A DNA stretch of 64,000 nucleotides. Source: Treponema sp. Its GTDB lineage: Bacteria; Spirochaetota; Spirochaetia; Treponematales; Treponemataceae. Of the stretch, positions 27,484 through 37,929 are shown piece after piece (the first letter of the stretch is position 1; each line of letters begins with the position of its first letter). A model generated the notes under the pieces. It searched no databases and had not been told where the DNA came from. It saw only the letters and a list, made by a program, of their open reading frames with translations. The stretch spans positions 4,867 through 68,866 of the forward strand of contig JAEDCN010000009.1 of the NCBI GenBank assembly GCA_016294105.1, given 5' to 3'. The position numbers and the translations under genes are program-made.

Positions 27484-28299
27484 TTGCAGTAGGCCGCCCC
27501 AAGGAATGGAAAATTGGGCGCATAAATCTTGATAATAGCGGCTCATTTCTGGGCTGGAAAGCTCTGTAACGAAAAATCCCTTGTGACTAGGGGAAAACCC
27601 ACCATCAGAACTCCCAGAAGCAGGGTTTTGGAGGGAGCGGATTCGTAGTGCCTGACGAATAACCCCTTCTCGAGAATCCACCACCTGTACCGCCTCCCCT
27701 GCCAGCTGCTGGATTTCTGTGGCAATATGGAGAAAGTGGGTGCAGCCCAGCACAATGGTATCCACGTTTTGATCAAGGAAAAAATCAACAGCGGGACGGG
27801 CAGCCTGAAGATAGAGACTTTTGTCTTGGCTCAGAAGATGCTGTTCAATGAAACGAATAAGCTTTCCGTCTCCACGGCTCACCACACGACAGCTGGAGGC
27901 AAAGCTCTGGATGAGCCCCTGGGTGTAGGGATGGCGAACGGTGGCTTCTGTGGCTAAAAGACCAATGGTATTGTTCCGTGTTTTTGCTGCCGCCACCTTG
28001 ATGGCAGGAACTGTTCCAATAAAGTGGATTCCAAGAAAATCCTGACGCAGGGTTTCCAAGGAGGTAACAGACATGGTATTGCAGGCCAACACAAAGGCTG
28101 TGGGAGAAAAGCGGGAAAGAACTAATTGTACTGCTTCCTTTGTGGCGGCAATCACTTGTTCAGGAGTCTTTTCTCCATAAGGAAAGTTCTTTGTGTCTGC
28201 AAGATAGAGACAGGAGGCCTCAGGACAGGCTGATTTTAAGTAGCCCATGTAGGGCAAGCCTCCCGTTCCTGAGTCCAAAAAAGCAAAGTCAAGATGCAT
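27481..28299 (-). CDS. murI: Glutamate racemase
   Basis: Motifs FLDSGTGGL, LACNT and LGCTHF. Confidence 0.9.
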   Translation of the reverse strand: MHLDFAFLDSGTGGLPYMGYLKSACPEASCLYLADTKNFPYGEKTPEQVIAATKEAVQLVLSRFSPTAFVLACNTMSVTSLETLRQDFLGIHFIGTVPAIKVAAAKTRNNTIGLLATEATVRHPYTQGLIQSFASSCRVVSRGDGKLIRFIEQHLLSQDKSLYLQAARPAVDFFLDQNVDTIVLGCTHFLHIATEIQQLAGEAVQVVDSREGVIRQALRIRSLQNPASGSSDGGFSPSHKGFFVTELSSPEMSRYYQDLCAQFSIPWGGLLQ

Positions 28300-28307
28300 G
28301 GTAGTTC

Positions 28308-28631
28308 CTACAGGGAAAAAAGATTGTTGAAGGCACTTCTGGCAGTTTTTTTTGCCTCATCTGCCTTACCATTTGTAGAAGCAGCATGAATATTCACTGA
28401 AAAATAATCGCAAAAATTTGCAGCCTCTTTGTCCCGTACCTCCTCATCGATTGTTTCGTGACAATCGTAATGGGAACCAGGCTGGTAAAACCGACAATTA
28501 ACACAGCTGTGCAGGGAAGCCCCGCAACGGGAACACTGGGAGGATCTAAAGATTACCAAACCTTCTGCTATGGGTTCTTTACATTTCCAACACATAAATT
28601 CATCATACCCCATTTGACTAATCATTTGCAA
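28308..28631 (-). CDS. Cys-rich zinc-ribbon protein of unknown function
   Basis: 107 aa with the pattern CWKC...CSRC...CVNC...C. Confidence 0.55.
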   Translation of the reverse strand: MQMISQMGYDEFMCWKCKEPIAEGLVIFRSSQCSRCGASLHSCVNCRFYQPGSHYDCHETIDEEVRDKEAANFCDYFSVNIHAASTNGKADEAKKTARSAFNNLFSL

Positions 28632-28648
28632 TGCCCTAAACTAGAACT

Positions 28649-29281
28649 ATGTTCGTTACTAATACTTGTAGCCATCCTGGATGCCATCACGCAGGTTTAT
28701 CCTACATCAACAACGAGGGCGTGCTTACAGACAGAAGTTTTTTTTGCTTCAAGCACGTGGAAGATCCAGAGGGAATGAAAGATTCTGTCTACGATTATAT
28801 TCGGAAACACCAGAAAATCGTGGGATTGAATGCATCAGGACTCACCTTTACCGATATTGATTTGACTGACAAGCGTTTTTACGGCTGCAACTTCCAGAAT
28901 TGCACCTTCAGCAATCTGCACTCGGAATTTTTTCGCGCCCGAATGTCTATCTTTGACTTTTCCCTTTTTGTGGACTGCAATCTTCTCAAGTCAAACCTAC
29001 AATTTTCTTCTTTTGCAGGTTCCACCTTTTCCCACGTGCTTTTTACTGGTTCTGATTTAGTCCACAACAATTTTTGCGGAATCACTTCTTATCAGTCTTC
29101 CTTTGACGATTCAGATTTGTACAATTCCCGATTCATCAAGGCAAATCTCATCGATACCTCCTTCCAAAACTGCAATATAAAAAAGACGATTTTTTACGAG
29201 TCCAATCAGCAGAACATCTCCTTCAAGCAATCCAACACACGGGAAGCTGAATTCGAGTACAAAGAGGGGGTCATTTTATGA
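28649..29281 (+). CDS. Pentapeptide-repeat protein with an N-terminal Cys/His cluster
   Basis: Repeats of the A(D/N)LxF type, e.g. CNFQNCTFSNLHSEF, NLQFSSFAGSTFSHVLFTGSDL. Confidence 0.8.
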   Translation: MFVTNTCSHPGCHHAGLSYINNEGVLTDRSFFCFKHVEDPEGMKDSVYDYIRKHQKIVGLNASGLTFTDIDLTDKRFYGCNFQNCTFSNLHSEFFRARMSIFDFSLFVDCNLLKSNLQFSSFAGSTFSHVLFTGSDLVHNNFCGITSYQSSFDDSDLYNSRFIKANLIDTSFQNCNIKKTIFYESNQQNISFKQSNTREAEFEYKEGVIL

Positions 29282-29862
29282 AGGTTTACTTTCATTTTAA
29301 CATCGATGGATTTTCAAATTGCTACGTAGTTACCAACGAAAAAAACATGGAAGCCCTTATTATTGATCCAGGAAAAATAACGAAAGAGATATTGGAGCAG
29401 GTGGAAAGTGGCCCCTACAATTTGACTGCAGTGCTCATAACCCACAGACATAAAAGCCATGTACGGGGACTGGAAACCCTCAAAAAGATTTACAAGCCCA
29501 AGGTGTATGCTGCAGACTTTGATATTGCTGGCTCCGAGGAAACATTGCTGAATGGAGATGGCATCATCTACGCAGCGGGCCTGCAGATAAAGCACCTTGC
29601 CCTACCTGGTCACTCAGCAGATTCCATGGCATATAAAATCAGCCATATTGTTTTTACTGGAGATACGATTTTTGCAGGAATGATTTCCAACACCTCTAGC
29701 ACCTATGCCCGAAGAACACTGATTTCAAATATCTCCACAAAAATTCTTTCCCAGCAGGACGACATTATCTTGATGCCTGGTCATGGGCCTCCGTCAACCT
29801 TGGCTGCAGAAAAGAACTTTAATCCCGCCTTTCTACAAGCTCCTACGGAATATTTTGACTAG
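29278..29862 (+). CDS. MBL-fold metallo-hydrolase
   Basis: The THRHKSH motif region, then LPGHSADS and MPGHG. It overlaps the upstream gene by 4 nt. Confidence 0.8.
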   Translation: MKVYFHFNIDGFSNCYVVTNEKNMEALIIDPGKITKEILEQVESGPYNLTAVLITHRHKSHVRGLETLKKIYKPKVYAADFDIAGSEETLLNGDGIIYAAGLQIKHLALPGHSADSMAYKISHIVFTGDTIFAGMISNTSSTYARRTLISNISTKILSQQDDIILMPGHGPPSTLAAEKNFNPAFLQAPTEYFD

Positions 29863-31709
29863 CGACCCACCAAGGAGATTCGTCCCGCTTCCATTCCCCA
29901 TCGCTGGAACACATAATCGCTGAGCACCTGGCTGGCCTTGCTAAAGCCTGATCCCTTTGTATCTTGGATATAGGCACAAAGCTCTGGTTCTGCTCGTAGC
30001 ATGGAGCCACGCTGGGCCAAGTTGTCCGCAAAATAGGAGCCTGTTTGGGCTACCGATTGCTGCATCACGTAGGCCATGAATTCGTTGTGCATGAGATAGG
30101 TGTCATCCAGATTGTAATTAAGGGAAGCCTGCAGATTAAAGTAGCGGTGCAGGAAGTGCAAAGACAAAGGATCTGCATTATCATATACAGAGGCAACCTT
30201 GGAACGGAAATCCTCGTTCACAAAGAAAAGACCATGGAAGCCTTCGTGGGCAACAAAGGTGTACCGTAAATACAGGGCAGATTCCTGAGACAGGGAAATA
30301 ATGGCACCGTAGCCGCTTTCATAGCCGCCGCCTGCAGCCTTCTTTATAATTCCGTTATGAAGAAGAATATCCTTCAGAAGGTTTTCCTTTTCGTTTAGAG
30401 GGAAATTGGTTGATTCAGCCAAGGAAAAGAAGGCGGCCAAGGTTTCGCTGCGGTAGTCGTGGGCATTGAAGCCGTGCTTTCCCACCAAATCCTTGTCATG
30501 AACCAGCGTGCCGATGTAGCCAGTCTTTTCTGTGTAAAAAGCCAGCCGCTTGAAAAAATCATCCTGCACCTTGTAGTCAGCGGTGTCAAAGAAAAGGATG
30601 CCGGGAAACTGCTCCCACTCAAAAAGCTCGTAGTCCTCGTGGCGCCAGGAAGTTTGACTCCACAGAGGAATCATTCCAGGATCTGTTGCCAAAGGCTCCA
30701 GCACTGCCCCATCGTGACGCAGGGGCTTTTCCTCCAAGGTCATGGTTATCCCTTCCACCATATCCTCCCCTTGAAGCAAGGTAAAGGCACCGAAGGGATT
30801 TTCCAGCCCCTTGTCATGGAAAGAGGCCTTCCGCTGGTTGGGAGCACGACGCAGACGAATGACTTCGCCACCAATCTGGAAACGAAGCTGAGGCTGCTGG
30901 GAGGTTTTTTCTGGCATGGCGGGACTGGGCTTCAAAGAAAGGCTTATAAGGGCAGAGCGTGCAGGAGAGATTACAGCAGCAAAGTCCTTTTTTGCCGCGG
31001 TAAAGTCAAAGTCGGCGGAAGCCTGGCTTCTGTCCCATAGTCCACCTTGGGAGGAAAAGGAATAAGAATCAGTGCCAGAAAATCCTATTTCCATAGGTTG
31101 TAGGCCAACAGAAACGATGGATACTGGTACCGTGGAATACAAAAGGATTCCCCTAAAATCCCCAAAGTCTTGGGCAGGAATTACCATGGATAGGCTAATC
31201 TGCTGGTCAGAAGGAAGGTGCTGCTGCTCCAAGGGAGTAAGACAGCGGGCCAGGGGACGTTCTGACAAAGACTCCTTCAACTTGCCAGATGAGGTGAAAT
31301 CACTTTGATACAAAAAACCAAAGGCAAGATTTCCCTGATTTCCAGAGCTGATACTGGTGTTCGTGGCTGAATTCTTTTTTTCAGGGGGATTTGCAAGGGT
31401 AATGCGACAGGAAACACCACCCCAACTCTCCAGTGCAGGGGCCAGTTGGGGAAGCTGCTCTGGGTTTACTGCAAGATAGATATAGGCTGATTTTTCTGGA
31501 TTCAGGATGGCACCCTTCTTACCGTTGTTATTCAAAGCTTCCATGGGAAGGCTTTCCCCAGAAAAATCTTTTTCAGAACCAGCGGAAGCAGTTTGCAAGT
31601 GAAGGTTTGGTTGGAATAAAACCTGACTTTTGCTGGAACAGCTGAAACAGCTGGTTAACAGAATCACACAAAATAAATATGATGAACGAATTTTGATTTT
31701 CTTTAGCAT
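29859..31709 (-). CDS. Large lipoprotein of unknown function
   Basis: I prefer the ATG at 31709 (MLKKIKIRSSYLFCVILLTSCFSCSS), which gives a signal peptide and lipobox. The track start at 31928 adds 73 unlikely residues and would collide with the divergent gene. Confidence 0.65.
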   Translation of the reverse strand: MLKKIKIRSSYLFCVILLTSCFSCSSKSQVLFQPNLHLQTASAGSEKDFSGESLPMEALNNNGKKGAILNPEKSAYIYLAVNPEQLPQLAPALESWGGVSCRITLANPPEKKNSATNTSISSGNQGNLAFGFLYQSDFTSSGKLKESLSERPLARCLTPLEQQHLPSDQQISLSMVIPAQDFGDFRGILLYSTVPVSIVSVGLQPMEIGFSGTDSYSFSSQGGLWDRSQASADFDFTAAKKDFAAVISPARSALISLSLKPSPAMPEKTSQQPQLRFQIGGEVIRLRRAPNQRKASFHDKGLENPFGAFTLLQGEDMVEGITMTLEEKPLRHDGAVLEPLATDPGMIPLWSQTSWRHEDYELFEWEQFPGILFFDTADYKVQDDFFKRLAFYTEKTGYIGTLVHDKDLVGKHGFNAHDYRSETLAAFFSLAESTNFPLNEKENLLKDILLHNGIIKKAAGGGYESGYGAIISLSQESALYLRYTFVAHEGFHGLFFVNEDFRSKVASVYDNADPLSLHFLHRYFNLQASLNYNLDDTYLMHNEFMAYVMQQSVAQTGSYFADNLAQRGSMLRAEPELCAYIQDTKGSGFSKASQVLSDYVFQRWGMEAGRISLVGR

Positions 31710-31756
31710 AGAGTATAATACTACCTTTTTTTCAATAAAAACGCTATAGTTGCACC

Positions 31757-32368
31757 ATGTCCTCACAGAATTTTTCTGGAATAATCCTACAGCCTCACAA
31801 CACACCCTTAAGCCAGCTTTTAAGAGAGCACCGAGACATTTTGAAAAACCTCGCTCCTTGGCTCGACGGAGGAAAACTGTATCCCGTCTATCCCTGTCAT
31901 TGCTTGGTAAAAACAGAACTTTCTGCAAAGGAGCTTAAAAAACAGATTACTGTTTGCAGGATTCTTCCCCCACAGCTACAAGATGGCTTTTTATTCCGCC
32001 CTGTGGAAGTAGCTGGAGTACCGCTTCAAGCCCTGCCGCCCCAGCTACTGCACCAAATCCTTCCATTTTTATCTGAACAGGAGCTTGAAAATAAATCTAT
32101 TCCCGCTGGCTTTATTTTTGGCTATGTATCCCTTCAGCAAACAGAATCCCTCATACGACAGGGACTTGAATCCCTTTCCGCTAGAATCGAATCTCTGAAT
32201 CTACGAGTCTTTCGTTTGCAGCACATAGAATACCACTACCGAGGTAGCCCCTGTCAAGGCAACGGAACCAGTGAGCCACTCCCCAGCTCCTTGGATTGGA
32301 CTATGGAGCTTCCCCACTGGGTTAAAATTAATCCCCCGAGGAAAGATGGTTTCCGCAGAAAATTATGA
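31757..32368 (+). CDS. Hypothetical protein
   Basis: A 203-aa ORF divergent from the lipoprotein gene. I recognise no family. Confidence 0.45.
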   Translation: MSSQNFSGIILQPHNTPLSQLLREHRDILKNLAPWLDGGKLYPVYPCHCLVKTELSAKELKKQITVCRILPPQLQDGFLFRPVEVAGVPLQALPPQLLHQILPFLSEQELENKSIPAGFIFGYVSLQQTESLIRQGLESLSARIESLNLRVFRLQHIEYHYRGSPCQGNGTSEPLPSSLDWTMELPHWVKINPPRKDGFRRKL

Positions 32369-32764
32369 CTTAGTAAACTCTGCGTCTGTTGCCTCAGCTT
32401 CAGGGGCAGAAGTAGAGCCGGCTTCATCCGTTGGAGTGGCGGTGTCACCCTGCTCCTTGGCTTTAAGGCTTTCTTCTCGCTGGACAATCTCTTTTTCAAG
32501 GCGCTGGATTTCCTCCATAATTCCACTGATGAGACTGTTGTCGGCAGAAAGGGTGGCAGAGGGATTTTCTTCAAAGAATTTCAGCACTGCCTGTCCCAAG
32601 GCACGATACTCCTTGTTTTGGCGAGAAATCAACTGATGGGTTTCTATTTTGGTGACGCTTTTGTCGCTAAAATCCTGTACCGCATCGCCAGCCTTAGAAA
32701 GGGCTTCCTTTGAAACTTCTACACCCTTGTCCAGATATTCCTTCATTTTATCTAAAAAAGCCAT
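32363..32764 (-). CDS. Phasin-like coiled-coil protein
   Basis: The ATG at 32764 (MAFLDKMKEYLDKG) is preceded by AAGGAG. The helical N-terminus resembles the phasin family. Confidence 0.55.
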   Translation of the reverse strand: MAFLDKMKEYLDKGVEVSKEALSKAGDAVQDFSDKSVTKIETHQLISRQNKEYRALGQAVLKFFEENPSATLSADNSLISGIMEEIQRLEKEIVQREESLKAKEQGDTATPTDEAGSTSAPEAEATDAEFTKS

Positions 32765-32876
32765 AACCACTCCTTGGTAAAAATATCTTTAATATTAAAA
32801 TAATCTATTCTGTAACTTTTTTCCACAAAACTTTTGGATTTTTCACTAAAACTTTTGGTAAGCTCATGTTGTGCAG

Positions 32877-34013
32877 CTAAAATACAAAAGCAAATCCCAC
32901 TTGAAAGATTGATAAAGGATTGTCTCCCACGTAACGGCCACTTTCTATGGTTTGCCAAGAGGCTCCCAAAGAAAATATTCCCAAGCTCACCTGGCCTCCC
33001 ACTGCAGGATAACCGCTGGAAAGTCCACACCAGATTCTTGCCACCTTGGCCACCGCCACCTCCAAACCAAAGGCCAATGACTTAAAAAAGGTTTGAGAGC
33101 CTGAAAGGAGCTGGTTCAAGGACTTTGCTTCCCCGGAAATAACAATATCCACAGGAATTTTGCCTATAAAAAAGGGAAAGAGGGTTCCCAAGCCCACAGT
33201 AAAGGACAATTCCCTAGGAAGGGGAGCCACAGACTGGCCTGGCACAAAGTAGTCACCAAACAGGTTTTTAAGGCTTGCAGCAAGTCTCAGCTGATTTCCG
33301 CTGTATAACAAGTCGTAGCCCACCATCAAAAAACCTAAATCCACGGGAAAGCTTACATAGGGCGTGGACAAGATTCCTTCCAAAATTTCGTTTACATTGT
33401 TTCTCCCAGCCGCAATGGCATCCACATCACTGCCGTCAAGCATTTTATAAAGGGCCACGCTAGGATGAAAGGTGGCTCCCAAGGAAATATCCACCAGACG
33501 GCCTTCCACCGCCTTGAGACTATAGGCCACCGGCAGAGTAAGGTTCACCATGGTAAAGCCCTCCACTCCCAGAGGAAAGGGACTACCCTGCACAAAGGCA
33601 GAGGCTGTAATAAAAAGTCCTGCGCCCCAATTACTGCCAATATATCCAAAGGAAATGCTGGGGGTGGCACCCAAACCGCTGGAGGTAATCAAATCTTTGG
33701 CGTTCAGCAGAATTTGTCCTAGCTTGTTGTCCACTTTTGAAATATCCTTCAAGATGGGAAACAGAAACTGGGGCTTGAAATACAGCTGGGTGGAAAAGCT
33801 CAGGATAAAGCTTTTCCGTGGATAGAACAATTTTTGGGTGAGTCCAGCAGGATTGTGGATCAAGGTGTCAAGGCCCTCTGGAACAGCTGTAATTGCCCCG
33901 CCCATTCCTGTGTACCGCCAGGAGGAAGGTTCTGCAAACTTAATCACCGGGCTTTCTGCGTACAGTAGCGACAGAAAAAGCACAAAAATCGGCAACAACA
34001 TCCTGAATTTCAT
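32877..34013 (-). CDS. Secreted, probably outer-membrane beta-barrel-like protein
   Basis: I prefer the ATG at 34013 (MKFRMLLPIFVLFLSLLYA), which gives a signal peptide. The sequence has alternating aromatic/glycine-rich stretches and a C-terminal F. Confidence 0.55.
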   Translation of the reverse strand: MKFRMLLPIFVLFLSLLYAESPVIKFAEPSSWRYTGMGGAITAVPEGLDTLIHNPAGLTQKLFYPRKSFILSFSTQLYFKPQFLFPILKDISKVDNKLGQILLNAKDLITSSGLGATPSISFGYIGSNWGAGLFITASAFVQGSPFPLGVEGFTMVNLTLPVAYSLKAVEGRLVDISLGATFHPSVALYKMLDGSDVDAIAAGRNNVNEILEGILSTPYVSFPVDLGFLMVGYDLLYSGNQLRLAASLKNLFGDYFVPGQSVAPLPRELSFTVGLGTLFPFFIGKIPVDIVISGEAKSLNQLLSGSQTFFKSLAFGLEVAVAKVARIWCGLSSGYPAVGGQVSLGIFSLGASWQTIESGRYVGDNPLSIFQVGFAFVF

Positions 34014-34014
34014 C

Positions 34015-35019
34015 CTAATCCCCCCAGCTTCTGATGGTACGGGCAGTATCCTGAGCCACCAGATTATAGCCTGCATTACTGGCCATGGCTTCAAAGATAC
34101 CTGCCACAAACTTCAGCTCCTGCTTGTACTCTGAAATAATTTGCTCAGAGGGAATTTCCAATGCTTGGGAAAGCTGGTTGAACAAAGCTTCCACCAACTG
34201 TGAATCAATGGCACTTGCATTAATGACTTGATAGTAGGCTTGGCTTACACTTACCGCAAGTTGTTGATACTCCTGTGGTGAATCCTGAATGATACCAGTG
34301 GTGCTGCGTATCAAGCCTCCAAGAATACCGGACAAAAGATAGTTCTGCAAATCGCCGCCAGAATAAACGCCAAAGGGAGCGGTTTTAACCGCATCATTAT
34401 AATAATTGCTGATCCGATACAAATTGTAAAAGGCCTGGGCCATCTCCGCCAACGCAGAGTTCACATCGCTGAGCAAAAAACTTTTCACAGCATCGGTATA
34501 CACCACGAATAATTCTTCCAAAGAAATACCTGAAAGACTCAGGGCAGAAAGGGCGGGATTTGCAAAGTTGTAGATAATGTCATACACCAAGGGACTGGTG
34601 TAAATAAGGATTGTGACTGCAGCCTTCGCGGAGCGGGATAAGGTAAAGGAATAAGCACCTTCCACCAGCACCTCTTTTTCTTCAGCAATCATGGCATCTA
34701 AGGTGGAAAGGATTTTGTCCCGTTGTGCCACCGTCAGAACACGATAAAAGGCTGGGGAAGAACTATTGACCTCTAGGGAAGACAAAAGCTTCTCCCCAGA
34801 ATACCCAGAAATTTTTTCCGTATCAGGATAATCCCAGCCAGTAAACAAGCTCTGATTTGAACAGGCAATACAAAAAAACAGGGTGAAAACGCAAGAAAAA
34901 ACAAAAAGACAGGAATATAATGTCGCTTTGCAAGTTGCAACTTTGCAAGCTATCACTGGGTAAACTGCAGTTTGCGAAGTTTTACGTTGTAACCTCCATC
35001 TCTTTGTCTTCCAGTCCAT
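34015..35019 (-). CDS. Lipoprotein of unknown function
   Basis: Lipobox LFFCIAC. The start is uncertain, with candidates between 35019 and 35061 that overlap the upstream gene's end. Confidence 0.5.
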   Translation of the reverse strand: MDWKTKRWRLQRKTSQTAVYPVIACKVATCKATLYSCLFVFSCVFTLFFCIACSNQSLFTGWDYPDTEKISGYSGEKLLSSLEVNSSSPAFYRVLTVAQRDKILSTLDAMIAEEKEVLVEGAYSFTLSRSAKAAVTILIYTSPLVYDIIYNFANPALSALSLSGISLEELFVVYTDAVKSFLLSDVNSALAEMAQAFYNLYRISNYYNDAVKTAPFGVYSGGDLQNYLLSGILGGLIRSTTGIIQDSPQEYQQLAVSVSQAYYQVINASAIDSQLVEALFNQLSQALEIPSEQIISEYKQELKFVAGIFEAMASNAGYNLVAQDTARTIRSWGD

Positions 35020-36745
35020 CCTGTACAGCCTCCCCGGAGGCCTCACATTCATCACCGGCATGAATCCGATCCAGCAAAGGCTCCCCGATTCTTACCCGAA
35101 TGGAGATTCCTTGGGGAAAGACTCCCGGCAACTCCAAGTGGATAAAGTTTTCCGTTACGGCATGGGTAAGCTGCAGGCTACCAGTACTGGACAAAACCCC
35201 ACTTTCTTCCACCGATCCACCGTGGGCTTCTTGAGCAAGCACTGAAGGATTTTTCCGGTCTTGGCGGTTATGCTCCGTAATGGCAGAAACAACTTGTCCC
35301 TTCCACTGTGAAATATAGGAGCATTTTGATTGGATTGCAAATGAAGTGAGCCACTTTACCCGCTGACCTGCCACCCACTGAGGCACCTGAGATTTCATGG
35401 TGGCAGCAGGAGTTCCTGGCCGTGGAGAAAAGGGAAAGGCATGAATCCAAGCAAAGTTGCAGGTCTGGCACATGGCTTGGGTCAAGGCAAAATCCTCCTC
35501 CGTTTCCCCGGGAAACCCTGCAATGATGTCGCAGGCAATGAAGGGATTATGCTTTGCCTGACGCAGCAATTCTACGGCACGGTACACCTGGGCAGAACGA
35601 TAGGGACGACGCATAGCCTTTAAGATAGCATCGCTTCCAGACTGAATGGAAAGATGGAAATAAGGCTGAATCCGCTGGTGACTGATGACGACACAAAGCT
35701 CTTCATCCACACTTTCTGGGTAAAGACTTGAAATGCGAATACGAATGCTACGAGTATTTTCAAGAATTCTTTTCAAAAGCCCCGCAAGATTCAAGTATTC
35801 CTCACCATTCTGACCGTAATACAGGCCACGATACTGGGACAGGTTCACTCCCGTCAGTACCACCTCCTGCTGGCCAGCTTCCTCTAGCTGCTGCACTCGG
35901 CGCACCACCTCATCCACCTCTAAAGACACAGCCCTTCCTCTGGCAAGATGAATGCGGCAATAGGTACATTCACAATTGCAACCATCTTGAATCTTGATGG
36001 AGGAACGAGAATGAGCAAAGAAGGTATCCGTGGCCAACCGAAACACGGGACTCATGGAAGAAGCTTGTGAATCAACCACTGGGGTAAAGCCCGACAAAGC
36101 ACCATCTTTCAGGGGGGCTACAGACGCAAGAAGGGATTTTTTTCCACCACCCTGAGCACCCGATTGTGCTGAAGGAGCATGCTGCTTTTCAGATTCATCA
36201 CCAGGGGCTTTATGGTGAGCCTCACCGTCGGAGTGTCGACTTTTGATATTGGTGGGCTTTGGCTTTTCTACAGAAAGACGGCTCACCAAACTTTTCAAGA
36301 ATGGGGTAATTTCAATCTGTGCTACTCCAGAAACAGACTCACAGTGGGCTTCTTGGGAAGAAGAATCAAGGTGGGATTTCAGTTCCAAAGGAATATCTGC
36401 CAGCAAATCCTTTCGTGAGCCAGGCAGCACACAAACTCGCTGGTCAATGGCTTGAATTGCCTCCACCTCTAGCTCCGCATAGCAACCAGTGACAAGAACA
36501 CAGGCATGGGGCATTTTCCGCAGCAAGAGCCGAATAAGACGGCGGGCCTTTTGCTCAGCCTTTCCTGTTACGGTACAGGTATTAATGATGGAAAGCACTA
36601 CATTTTCAGGAACTGGTGCAGCTGCCGTCATGGATTCCATGTCCACCCCAAAGCCTGCATCAGCAAAAAAACGGGCGGCTGACTCAGACTCAATCTGATT
36701 CAGCCTGCACCCTAGGGTTTCAAAATGAACGGTATATTTTGGCAC
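34982..36745 (-). CDS. Radical-SAM methylthiotransferase (MiaB/MtaB family) with a long internal insertion
   Basis: The N-terminal MTTase domain has TLGCRLNQ and NTCTVT. The radical SAM motif is CNCECTYC. There is a TRAM-like C-terminus. Confidence 0.85.
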   Translation of the reverse strand: MPKYTVHFETLGCRLNQIESESAARFFADAGFGVDMESMTAAAPVPENVVLSIINTCTVTGKAEQKARRLIRLLLRKMPHACVLVTGCYAELEVEAIQAIDQRVCVLPGSRKDLLADIPLELKSHLDSSSQEAHCESVSGVAQIEITPFLKSLVSRLSVEKPKPTNIKSRHSDGEAHHKAPGDESEKQHAPSAQSGAQGGGKKSLLASVAPLKDGALSGFTPVVDSQASSMSPVFRLATDTFFAHSRSSIKIQDGCNCECTYCRIHLARGRAVSLEVDEVVRRVQQLEEAGQQEVVLTGVNLSQYRGLYYGQNGEEYLNLAGLLKRILENTRSIRIRISSLYPESVDEELCVVISHQRIQPYFHLSIQSGSDAILKAMRRPYRSAQVYRAVELLRQAKHNPFIACDIIAGFPGETEEDFALTQAMCQTCNFAWIHAFPFSPRPGTPAATMKSQVPQWVAGQRVKWLTSFAIQSKCSYISQWKGQVVSAITEHNRQDRKNPSVLAQEAHGGSVEESGVLSSTGSLQLTHAVTENFIHLELPGVFPQGISIRVRIGEPLLDRIHAGDECEASGEAVQDGLEDKEMEVTT

Positions 36746-36771
36746 AAAAAGCCTTCTTAGAGTCAGTGATT

Positions 36772-37428
36772 CTACAGACGAGCCTGAGCTCTTTCCCGCC
36801 CACGGGCAGCATCTGTTTGGCCTGCATTCAAGGAAAGGGATTTTTCATAGGCTGCCACAGCTGTACGATAGCTTCCAGCCATTTCTCGGGCGTATCCTAG
36901 TCGCATCCACCAGTAATCCAGCAGAGGCTCCAGTCGCACCGCCATGGTCAAGGAAATGTCTGCATGCTGGTATTTCCCCTGACGAATGTAAATCTCTCCC
37001 ATGAAATAATAGGCATTTCCTACCCGTCCGCTCATATTGGGAACGTAGGAAATATATTGCTCAAAAAGGTCAAGGGCCTCACGATTCTTTCCCAAATAGA
37101 ATTTGGCCTCTCCCAAAATCTCTATGAGTCGATGGTCGTAGGCATTGACCCGTAAGCCTGCATTGGCCCATTGCTCGGCTTCTGCATACTGGCGATTCTT
37201 TACCAAGGCCCAACACATAACAACGTAGGAATCAAGATTGTTGGGATTTGCCACCAATTCCTGCTGACAAGCAGCAATAGCTTGGGCATACTGACCATTG
37301 TAATACAGCTGGAGAGCATCCACCTTTTGCTGTGTCGTATTCTGCTGGGCAAAGACAAAACCTGCAACAAACAGAAACAACACTGAAATAAAAGCAATTT
37401 TATTGATTTTTACCATTAATTTTATCAT
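36772..37428 (-). CDS. Secreted TPR-repeat protein
   Basis: A signal peptide followed by TPR-like repeats. Confidence 0.7.
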   Translation of the reverse strand: MIKLMVKINKIAFISVLFLFVAGFVFAQQNTTQQKVDALQLYYNGQYAQAIAACQQELVANPNNLDSYVVMCWALVKNRQYAEAEQWANAGLRVNAYDHRLIEILGEAKFYLGKNREALDLFEQYISYVPNMSGRVGNAYYFMGEIYIRQGKYQHADISLTMAVRLEPLLDYWWMRLGYAREMAGSYRTAVAAYEKSLSLNAGQTDAARGRERAQARL

Positions 37429-37440
37429 CAGAATAACCTC

Positions 37441-37836
37441 TTATCGCACCATGGTACACTTTCCAGTAAAGCTACAACCAGGCTCCAAGGCAATCTCTGC
37501 GGAACAAATGTCTCCCGTTACAGAACCAGAGGCAGCTACAAACACAATTCGTTTGGCCTCAATGTTTCCCTGAACAGTACCACGAACAAGTACCCTGTCT
37601 GCCACAATATCCGCATTCACTAGGGCACCAGTGTCAATCACCAAGTCGCTGGTAGCGTCAATACGTCCACTTACCTTTCCCTTGATCATAAAGGGCTCGG
37701 CAAATTTAATCTGTCCAGAAAAGGAAATGTCGGAAGCAAGGACAGTGTCAAAATCCTCTTCCTCTAAATCCAGGATTGAAATATCTTTTGTTTCAAACAT
37801 AACCTTAACTCTAATAGGAATGGGAGTTTCCGTCAA
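37441..37836 (-). CDS. Bactofilin (polymer-forming cytoskeletal protein)
   Basis: Beta-helical repeat pattern FSGQIKF...IKGKVSGRI...VRGTVQGNIEA...VTGDI. Confidence 0.85.
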   Translation of the reverse strand: MTETPIPIRVKVMFETKDISILDLEEEDFDTVLASDISFSGQIKFAEPFMIKGKVSGRIDATSDLVIDTGALVNADIVADRVLVRGTVQGNIEAKRIVFVAASGSVTGDICSAEIALEPGCSFTGKCTMVR

Positions 37837-37929
37837 GTCGTGAAAGTGAAGAAAAGCCCCTTGCCTAAATCTTCAGATGGGTCTATTCTATAAAGAGTAC
37901 TAACTTTTATTCAATGTGAGGTTTGGAAG

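Noticed and set aside
29859-31928. The full 689-aa version of the lipoprotein ORF
   Set aside because: The first 73 residues lack signal-peptide character and overlap the divergent gene at 31757. An internal ATG at 31709 gives a canonical lipoprotein signal.
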